Positions 14,474 to 25,520 of a DNA stretch of 64,000 nucleotides are shown piece after piece; the stretch's first letter is position 1, and every line of letters begins with the position of its first letter. A model generated the notes under the pieces. That model had not been told where the DNA came from. It worked only from the letters and a program-made list of their open reading frames with translations, and did not search any database. This DNA is from the human T2T-CHM13v2.0 reference genome, Homo sapiens, in NCBI RefSeq assembly GCF_009914755.1, contig NC_060934.1; one strand, 5' to 3'. A program made the translations under genes and the position numbers.

Positions 14474-14834
14474 ATTTGTCTCAATTTTTGTTTTCTTTTT
14501 TCCTCTCTCTTGCCTCTTTAGGATTGAATATTTTTAAACGATTCTACTGTATCTTCTTTGTTAGCTTATTGTCTACAACTTTTGGGAGAGGTTGCTTTAG
14601 GGTGTATAGTATGTCTTTAAGTGATGACCTTACAATAATGCATTTCTGTTTTTCTTATCCTGATTCTTGTGCCATCATCATCATGATATATTTTACCTTT
14701 ACATATTTTATAACCTCCAGATATACTTTCTTTCCTTCATACAGTTATCTTTTAAAGAAATATAAAATACCAGAAAAAAAGTTGTATATATTTTCCCATC
14801 AGTTTACCATCCACACCTTCTCATTTCTTTGTGT

Positions 14835-16184
14835 TTTCTTTTCTTTTTTTTTTTTTTTTATTGATCATTCTTGGGTGTTTCTCGCAGAGGGGGATTTGGC
14901 AGGGTCACAGGACAATAGTGGAGGGAAGGTCAGCAGATAAACAAGTGAACGAAGGTCTCTGGTTTTCCTAGGCAGAGGACCCTGCGACCTTCCGCAGTGT
15001 TTGTGTCCCTGGGTACTTGAGATTAGGGAGTGGTGATGACTCTTAACGAGCATGCTGCCTTCAAGCATCTGTTTAACAAAGCACATCTTGCACTGCCCTT
15101 AATCCATTTAACCCTGAGTGGACACAGCACATGTTTCAGAGAGCACAGGGTTGGGGGTAAGGTCACAGATCAACAGGATCCCAAGGCAGAAGAATTTTTC
15201 TTAGTACAGAACAAAATGAAAAGTCTCCCATGTCTACTTCTTTCTACACAGACACGGCAACCATCCGATTTCTCAATCTTTTCCCCACCTTTCCCCCTTC
15301 TCTATTCCACAAAACCGCCATTGTCATCATGGCCTGTTCTCAATGAGCTGTTGGGTACAACTCCCAGACGGGGTGGTGGCCGGGCAGAGGGGCTCCTCAC
15401 TTCCCAGACGGGGTGGCTGCTGGGCGGAGGGGCTCCTCACATCCCAGACGGGGTCGCGGCCGGGCAGAGGCGCTCCCCACATCTCAGACGATGGGCGGCG
15501 GGGCAGAGACACTCCTCACTTCCTAGATGGGATGGCGGCCGGGAAGAGGCGCTCATCACTTCCCAGACTGGGCAGCCAGGCAGAGGGGCTCCTCACATCC
15601 CAGACGATGGGCGGCCAGGCAGAGGGGCTCCTCACATCCCAGACAATGGGCGGCCAGGCAGAGACGCTCCTCGCTTCCCAGATGGGGTGGCGGCCGGGCA
15701 GAGGCTGCAATCTCGGCACTTTGGGAGGCCAAGGCAGGCGGCTGGGAGGTGGAGGTTGTAGCGAGCCGAGATCACACCACTGCACTCCAGCCTGGGCACC
15801 ATTGAGCACTGAGTGAACGAGACTCCGTCTGCAATCCCTGCACCTCGGGAGGCCGAGGCTGGCGGATCACTTGTGGTTAGGAGCTGGAGACCAGCCCGGC
15901 CAACACAGCGAAACCCCATCTCCACCAAAAAAATACGAAAACCAGTCAGGCGTGGTGGCGCGCGCCTGCAATTGGAGGCACTCGGCAGGCTGAGGCAGGA
16001 GAATCAGGCAGGGAGGTTGCAGTGAGCAGAGATGGCGGCAGTACAGTCCAGCTTCGGCTCGGCATCAGAGGGAGACCGTGGAAAGAGAGGGAGAGGGAGA
16101 CCGTGGAGAGGGAGAGGGAGCGGAGCGGGAGCGGGAGAGGGAGCGGGAGCGGGCGCCCCTGTTTTTTCATAGACGGGTCCTGCA
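14835..16184 (-). mobile_element. SVA retrotransposon (SVA_C/D-like, short VNTR), antisense in the MTG1 intron
   Basis: Poly-T, SINE-R (ttgatcattcttgggtgtttctcgcagaggggg), VNTR (ctcctcacttcccagacgggg), Alu-like region and (GGGAGA)n hexamers; 15-bp TSD ctcatttctttgtgt at 14820-14834 and 16185-16199. Confidence 0.95.
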
Positions 16185-16744
16185 CTCATTTCTTTGTGTA
16201 GGTCCAGGTTTCCTTCTGGTGTGATTTTACTTCTGTCTGAAGGATTTCCTTTAACATGTATTGTAAGGCAGGTTTGCTAGTGATGAATTCTTTCAGCTTT
16301 TGGTTGTCTGAAGATGTCTTTATTTCACCTTTGTTTTGAAAGATATTTTCTCTACGTGTAGAATTCCAGATTGACGGGGTTTTTTAGTGCTTGAGAGGGG
16401 TTGGTCTCCCTTTCTCACTTGCGTGGTGTCTGATGAGCCGTCTGCGGTCATGTTTGTTTGTTTTAGTGCTTGAGAGGGGTTGGTCTCCCTTTTTCACCTG
16501 CGTGGTGTCTGATGAGCCGTCTGTGGTCGTGTGTGTTTGTTCCTCTGCTGCTTCCAGGATTTTCTCTCTCAGTGCTTTTGAGCAACTTGATTACGATGGA
16601 CCTTGGTATGGTTTTCTATGTGTTCCTTGTGCTTGTAGTTCATTGAGATTTTTGGATCTGGGTCTTTGTAGTTTTCATGAAATTTGCATCATTTTGAAAC
16701 TTCATATCTGCAGGTGTTTTTTCTGTCCCTCTACTCCTCAGGAC

Positions 16745-16986
16745 CTCAGGCATGCAGGTATCAGGCACGCGGGTATCAGGCAGGTGGGTATCAGGCATGC
16801 AGTTATCAGGCATGCCGGTATCAGGCACGTGGGCCTCAGGCACACAGGTATCACGTGGGTATCAGGCACGCAGTTATCAGGCACGCGGGTGTCGGGCAGG
16901 CGGGTGTCGGCACGCGGGTGTCGGGCAGGCGGGTGTCGGGCACGTGGGTGTCGGGCAGGCGGGCGTCGGGCAGGCGGGCGTCAGGC
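16745..16986. repeat. 15-bp minisatellite (caggcacgcgggtat drifting to cgggcaggcgggtgt), about 16 copies
   Basis: 15-bp periodicity; translates as repeated IRHAG / GCRAG pentapeptides. Confidence 0.9.
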
Positions 16987-17324
16987 TGCTTGGCTTTGCC
17001 CCACCGCAGCTCAGTAAAGCTTTGTGCCTGTTTTGTGGTTTCTGTTGCTGTGTCTTCGGGTTCACTCATCTTTTCTTCTGCAATGTATAATCTGCTGTTC
17101 ATCCCACTCAGTAGTTTTCATAGTTTTCACTTCCGCAAGTTGAGTTTGGATCGTTTTAAAAAATATCTTTCGTGTTTCAGCTTAGATTTAATGTCTTGTC
17201 TGCTAATTCTAACATTGGGTCAGTTTGAGTTGACTGATTTTTCTTCTCATTAGGGGGTCTGTTTTTTTGCTTTGTAGGCCTGGCAATTTTTGGATGATAT
17301 ATATATATATATATTTTTCTTTTT

Positions 17325-19265
<1,941 letters not shown>

Positions 19266-20404
19266 TGATGGATATCTACATTCCTGTAAAAATTCTTGAG
19301 CTTTGTTGTGGGACAGTTAGATTATTGGAAACAGTCCGGTCCTTTCAGGAGTTCTTCCCATTGGCAGGTCTCGGGGGTGGTCCGGGGCGCCTCCTCCAGG
19401 CTTGCTCCTCTCTCCTGGGACAGCTTTTTTGGAGCACCAGGGCACCCTTGAGGCTGCTGATTCAGAGCTCATGCTTGGTGCCTCCGAGAAGTTAGATTTA
19501 GAACCTGTGTTACTCAGCGTTCTGATGCTCCTATGGGCTCTGAGCTCATGTCTTGCTTTGCTGGGCCTTGGGGTGAGTCCTCTGTTACCGGCTCATGCTG
19601 TGACCAGGTCCGAGGGCACCAGCCTCCTCAAGGTTGAGCCTGCCCTCGTGGGAGCCACGAGACAGGTTCCCCTCACCCCTGGCTGTCAGGAAGGTTGGGA
19701 GAGTGTTGGGTCTGGGTTAGTCGGGCTCCCAAGGCTTAGGGTGGTGTTTGTCCCTGTGAGTGGCTGCTCTGTGCTGGCCTTTCCCTCCAGGCCTCTCTGC
19801 CCAGAGCCTGCACTGTGAGGAGTCAGAGTGCCCGTTACAATCACTGGGTGACGCTTAGCAGCGGTGGGTGCCTAGTCAGCCCATGCTGGTCCCTGTGCTA
19901 GGAAAACACCGCTCAAACACCCAGCCGGGTGGAGAGGATGCAGGTGTACTGGCTGCCTGGAAGTTACCGAGTGCCATCCTTAGCAGCAAACAGAGTATGT
20001 TTGCAGATGGTCTGCTGTGCTCCTCTTTTAGTTTCCAGGACCTGGGCCTGCACAGAGGCCTGCCTGTCCTACCCCGGATAGAGTGGATGAAGCCTGTGTG
20101 TGTGAACAGCTGTTACTCCTCCCGCTGCGGCAAGGGCTCCGGTGGTGGGAGCCGCCCCCCATGCTGCTGGCCGTGGCCACACAGGACGAAGCTCAGGGAT
20201 GATTCTTAGATAGTGGCTCTCCCCCGGGGCCCAGCACCGGTCACCTGCAGTCTCATCTTGGTCATCCACAGCGCCGCAGTCACTGTCACCCACAGGAGGT
20301 GCCTGGCCGTGGCCTTTGTGGCATTCAGGAGGAAGGGCCCGGCCTGGCTGGCCGTGCGGTGTCAGTGCTGGGCCCCCTGGTGCTGACCTGCAGCCTATGT
20401 GCAG

Positions 20405-20517
20405 GTACGTGCAGCACTACGGCCTGGGCAGTGCCTGTGACAACGTAGAGCGCGTGCTGAAGAGTGTGGCTGTGAAGCTGGGGAAGACGCAGAAGGTGAA
20501 GGTGCTCACGGGCACGG
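20405..20517 (+). CDS. MTG1: MTG1 penultimate coding exon (YVQHYGLGSACDNVERVLKSVAVKLGKTQKVKVLTGT)
   Basis: gtgcAG acceptor, G|gtgagt donor; 113 nt, phase 2/1, consistent with flanking exons. Confidence 0.93.
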
Positions 20518-20950
20518 GTGAGTGAGGTCGCTGATGCGGGCACCGGAGCCTCACCCCATCACCCTGGGGGACCCCGGCCATCCCTGGAGGAGGCAGGGAG
20601 GAGAGGAACGTGTCAAGGAGCATGCGCCGGGTCTTCTGGGAATGGGTTTCAGGGCAGGGGAGCTACAGAAAGTTCTGGAGAGGAAGGGCTTGTAGTCCAG
20701 GCTTCCGAGGGTGAGACCAGCCCTGCCGCGTATTGGGCAGTGCTAGGTGGACACCTGCAGGCCTCACATGCCTGGCCTTGGAGGCTCCGGGCAGCGTAGC
20801 TCAAGCTGTTTTCTTTCTGAGTGTGATCCCGTTCCCTGGGCTTCCCTGATGCCATCATGGAGCCTCTTAGGGCTGGTCCCTCAGGTGGGTAAGGGCTGGG
20901 CCTGTCCTGCTGTGAAGGCTCCTTCCTCACTGAACCCTCCCGTCCCCCAG

Positions 20951-21090
20951 GTAACGTGAACGTTATTCAGCCTAACTATCCTGCGGCAGCCCGTGACTTC
21001 CTGCAGACTTTCCGCCGTGGGCTGCTGGGTTCCGTGATGCTGGACCTCGACGTCCTGCGGGGCCACCCCCCGGCTGAGACTTTGCCCTGA
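20951..21090 (+). CDS. MTG1: MTG1 terminal coding exon (GNVNVIQPNYPAAARDFLQTFRRGLLGSVMLDLDVLRGHPPAETLP*)
   Basis: ccccAG acceptor; TGA at 21088-21090. The AAxxFLxxFRxGxLG C-terminal motif is typical of RbgA/MTG1. The seven exons total 642 nt with no internal stop. Confidence 0.94.
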
Positions 21091-21604
21091 ACTTGTCCGG
21101 GTAGGGAGGGCCGGAGGCATGTGGCCTCCCAGACCTCCTGACCTGGGTGGTTGAGGCTCAAGACAGCTCACCCGGTCCAGAAGCTCCATGCTGGTCACTA
21201 GGGTGCTGTGCTCTCTGGCGCCCCACAGCCTGGCCAGCTCCAGGGACCCCAGTTGCAGGGCCCAAGCAGGTGGGAGTGGACACCAGGCTTCCCAGTGGAC
21301 GTCCCTGAGCAGCTCCGCATGCTTGGTTCTCCCGGAGCTTCCTGCTCAGGCCTCTTGAGAAATGGATGCTGTCTCAGAAGGAGTTAAAGCTATAACCTGT
21401 AACCTTTAAAATCTCCAGTTAAAGGGCCTGTTTCTTACTGGCCTGTGAGGTGCACCGTAGTGCCTTGGGCCTGTGTGTTAAAGCTGCTCTCACCAGTGGA
21501 ACCTAAGAAATGAGCAGGTTGGCAGCTAGGGTTTGTGTTGGAGGCTTTCGGTCCAGTGTCTTGCAGTCCTACAACAAGTGAGAGGCTTGCTGCCATCAGA
21601 GAGG

Positions 21605-21610
21605 TTTATT
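21605..21610 (-). terminator. SPRN: SPRN polyadenylation signal (AATAAA on minus strand)
   Basis: tttatt at 21605-21610, about 2.5 kb downstream of the SPRN stop. Confidence 0.7.
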
Positions 21611-24151
21611 TCACACTTACAGGCACACACAGACACAGACCAGAGACTCCCAGCAGCAGAGCCCAAGCACTGGCTTCGCCCCTCAGTGCCCTGGGGCATG
21701 TTCAGGGCAGGGTTGAGGGGGACGCCCTGCACATGGCTTTGCTGTGCAATGACTGGAAGGCCGCCCGGCATGGGCAGTAGAGACCCCTGGCCTCTGAGCA
21801 CCTTCTAGCTCACTGGTAGTGGGATTCTGCATTAGTGGGGCTGAGAGATGTGGGGGCCCCTCCAGCCCCATTATAGTGCACCTGAAGGGGTCCACAGCCT
21901 GTGTCCTAGAAGAGGGAAGAGGAAGGAAGGTGGGTGGGGCTGGTAGTATGGACTAAGGTGCTGCAGGACCTGGGGCCAGGGACATCCTGTGCAGAAGCTC
22001 CGGCTGCCTCTTTGCGGTGGTGGCCTGACCGTCCCACAGCAGCCTCCACCAGGGCCCTGGTGCTCAGTGGCCCCTCTTTGCTGGCTGGCTGCCTCTGCTG
22101 CCCCATACCCCACACACTCATCAGCCTGAAGTTAGCCCCTGAGTGCCACCTGCATCGTGCCATAACCCTGACCGCCTGGGGCAGGAAGTATTCAGGTTGG
22201 CTGTGTCAGATGCTAATGTGCTGAATCAACAGTCATTGCAGATCACGAAGTGTCCATCATAACTGGAACATTCCATCAGCTTGCAGTGCTGTGGTGTGTG
22301 AGGGTCTGGTGCAGCTCAGCCCATTTTCCAGGTGGGCATCTGCAAAGTTGAGGGGGCTCCGGTGGGTCTCTCTGCTGTGAGGAGACTCAGACCACCCCCT
22401 GCCTCCTGGGGGAAATGTCAGAAGGGCTTCTCTGCCTATGAGGATCTGGGGCAGGGCTTGGCCTTGGCCTGCTGGTCTTGGAGGCGTTGAGCTTGGTCTG
22501 GAAGGGGTGGAGGAGCGTCTGGGCTCACTGGGCCAGGGGCATTGCTGGCAGTGTGGACGGGAGGCTGCAGGGCGCTGCCTCCTGTGGCTTAGTGCCCTGG
22601 AGCTAGAGAGCAGTGCTTGGTTGAGTCCTGCCAACAGCTTCCAGATCCTCACCCAGGCCAGAACCCAGGCCAGCTGGGGAAGGCAGAGGCTGGCAGGGCC
22701 CGTGGTGGGTGCTGGTCTTGACTTTGGTGTCCACTGAGTCCCGAGGCTCAGGCCCAGGAGGGATGCAGTCCGGCTGAGGGCGAGGCTGTCCCCAGGACAT
22801 GGAGAGGGTGAGATCCCAAGGCCACGGGGGGGGGGCAGGGAGAACCCCTCCTACCCTGGATGAGTGGGTGACTGGAGAGCTAGAGAACGTGGCAGACCCA
22901 AGACCTCTCAGTGCTGAGCCCATGGAGGATGCCCCAGGCTGGCGGGACTGGGAAGCAGAGGGCTGGTCTTAACACAGGTGTGTCCAGTGCTGGAGGCAAG
23001 TCCTTGTCGTGACTGTCCAGCGCCACTCCATGTCTCTCCTGTCCTTGGATGTTGGGGGGCTCAGCCTCTTGCATGGGTGTCCTGCTGGGCGCTGGGCCCC
23101 GCCACTGGCCCCCTGCTTGCTTTGGGGTCTGAGTTAGCTCCTGGCTCCACTGAGCAGGCCGTCAGCTGCCAGCCCACCACGCGGATACCCAGGCCCTGTT
23201 CCGAGGCCTGGAACAGCTGCTTCCGAAGAAGGGGCTGCCTTCAGGGAAATGCGTGCACCGTGCAGCCTGTGCTGTGCCCAGGGAGGCCTCTTCAGCGGGA
23301 TTGGCAGTTGCTGTGCCCTGAGAACAGGCAGAACTGTGTGATCCCTGAATGTGAACCTGAAGTTCAAAGGACTTGGAAAGCTCTGGAATGTGTTGGTTTT
23401 TCCCCCCCAAAATGGGTCCTAAGGAGGGTAAAGTGACTTGTTTCAAGTTGTTGGAGCAAAGTGGGTCTCTCACGGATCTCGGCCTGAGGGTGTGGGGGAG
23501 AAGGCCTGGACAGCCCCTCAGGGCAGGGTGTGTTTTCCCACCAGCCGCAGAGAGCCAGGATGGACGTTCCTCGGACGGACGGTTTTCCTGCTTGGGAATG
23601 TTCCTGGGCTGTGAGATCCACTCTTCTGGGCAGGTGGTTAGCACCTAACGTTTTTCCCTCACTTCCCCCCAAATTCTTAAGTCCTTTGGTCCATTTCACT
23701 GCTTCTTTTGGGGAGGGTCAGATTCCTCAGGGGCTCAGTGGCAGAACCAGCCTGATGTCGCCTCCCTGCCCGTGAGTCACCACGGCCCCTGGGCAGGCGA
23801 GGGGAGCCGGGGTGGCTTGGGTTCCTGGCCTTGGCACCTCCCTTTGGGCGGCGATGGAGCGTGGCTGGGCGGTTGGTACAGGAGCCACAGGCAGCTGCCT
23901 TTTTGGCTGAGGGGACCCTAACATCCTGGAGTGGGTGGGGCAGGGCCCATGGTCTCCTCTAGGTGGGAGGTGGCAGGCTGAGGCGGCGTGGGCAGGACGG
24001 TGGATGGCGGGTCCACAGGGACAGCCAGCAGCTCCTGCACCCAGTGGGGCTCCAAGACCGTGGGCAAGGGAGGAAGGGGGAGCCCAGGCCGGAGGATCCT
24101 GGGGGATGGCGCGGGCCGGGGGCCAGATGTGGTCCCCGAGCCCAGCCAGGC

Positions 24152-24607
24152 CTAGGGCCGCAGCAGCCCCAGGGCTCCGAGGGCGCCGCCCAGCACGAGA
24201 CAGAGACGCGGGCCGCGCGTGGGTCCAGCGCCCGAAGTCCACGCCCGGTAGCTGTAGATGCCGGGGCCTGTCCCGTTGCCTCCGGGCACCCCGTCCTCCT
24301 CGTCCTCCAGGCCGCGTTCCCCGGGTCCCGCGGCCCTTCTCCAGCCCGAGCCCGCCGCCAGGCCCGCGGCCGCTCCCGCCGCCGCCCCGGCTGCCGCCCC
24401 GGCGGCAGCCACGCGCAGGGAGGAGCCCGGGGCACCGTAGCGCTGCGCCGGCCTCACGCGCACCCTCGAGGCCCCGCGCGCGCCCCCGCGGACCCCTCCC
24501 CGGGCACTGCCCCGCGCACCTCCGCGGCCGCCCTTGGCTGCGCCGCTGTCGCAGAGGAAGGCGGCCGCCAGTAGCAGAGCCCAGCACATTGCGGGTGCCC
24601 AGTTCAT
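24152..24607 (-). CDS. SPRN: Shadow of prion protein (Shadoo), 151 aa, single coding exon
   Basis: MNWAPAMCWALLLAAAFLCDSGAA signal peptide, RG-rich repeats, hydrophobic AAAGAAAGAAAGAAAGLAAG tract homologous to the PrP core, NGT sequon, C-terminal GPI signal. ATG context gaagATGa; acceptor cgcag| 16 nt upstream (exon starts 24623). Confidence 0.97.
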   Translation of the reverse strand: MNWAPAMCWALLLAAAFLCDSGAAKGGRGGARGSARGGVRGGARGASRVRVRPAQRYGAPGSSLRVAAAGAAAGAAAGAAAGLAAGSGWRRAAGPGERGLEDEEDGVPGGNGTGPGIYSYRAWTSGAGPTRGPRLCLVLGGALGALGLLRP

Positions 24608-25394
24608 CTTCGTGGGGTTAAACCTGCGGGAAGAGAGGGAAAGGGCCCTTAGTTTCCATGGAGATCGGGTGCCCAGGGGCGGAGGGCTCAAGGCTGGAGA
24701 GCAGAGGGACCCCCATCTTTTGTGGGATCAGGGTGCCCCCAGCATCTTGGAGGCCCACTGAGGCCTGGGGGGGCGCGGTTTAACTTCTAGCATCAGGGAC
24801 TTAGGCCTGGGGGAGGCGCTGGGAAGTGGCAGGTGGGGCAGGAGGGTTCTGCACCTGAAGGTTGTGCACCTGGATTGGGGGTGTAGAAGCGGGGCAGGAG
24901 CGCCGCGGTGGGGGCGTCCAGGCCCGGGCGGGGGAGCAAGCCTGGGGGAGGGAGCTCTGCACGCGTTGCTGGGATGTGGGGGGCGGGGGGAGGCGGCATG
25001 GGGGGAGGGGCGTTGTGTTTGGAGGACGCGGTAGCCGGGACCAAGAGCTGGCTCAGATCAGGGTCTGGAACGGGGACGGGCCGTGCCTGGGCCTGGTCCC
25101 CACCTTTGGGGCCAAAGCCTGGGTGCGGGCCTTGCGGATGCTGCGGAGGACAAGCGGCTGCTGACACCGTGCGGACTCCGCCCCAGCAGACCCGTGCCCC
25201 AGGGGCAGTCCCTCCCGCGCGCGCCCGGCGCTCAATGCCGTCCCCGGCCGCCTAGTTCAGCAGCTGGCTGGGGGCGGGACGGGGTCGAGTTGCGGGGCCG
25301 CGTCCAGACACGGCTGTGCGGGCGACAGCTGCATCCCCTCCCCGCGCCGCCCCTCGCTCCCGGCCCCGTACCCGCCCCAGCCTCCCGGCCTTAC

Positions 25395-25520
25395 CCACCA
25401 CGGGCCTCGGTTGGAACCGCGCGCTGGAGTATCCGTCCCTGAGGCCGCGGCCGAGCGGGAAGGAGCGGGCGGGCGGCGGCGCGGACCCTCAGCCGGAGCG
25501 CGGAGCCGCGGCGCCTGGGT
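25395..25520 (-). other. SPRN: SPRN non-coding exon 1 (5' end approximate)
   Basis: Minus-strand donor GG|gtaagg at 25394 pairs with the acceptor at 24624, giving a 771-nt intron; lies inside the CpG island. Confidence 0.7.

Noticed and set aside
15030-15816. 243-aa ORF
   Set aside because: Antisense reading of the SVA SINE-R/VNTR, a common artefact.
23935-24621. 228-aa and 203-aa ORFs antisense to SPRN
   Set aside because: Expected from extreme GC content; no ATG start at the 5' end and no domain.
24608-24691. N-terminal extension of Shadoo in the ORF track (179 aa)
   Set aside because: Runs through the intron acceptor at 24624; the true start is ATG 24607.
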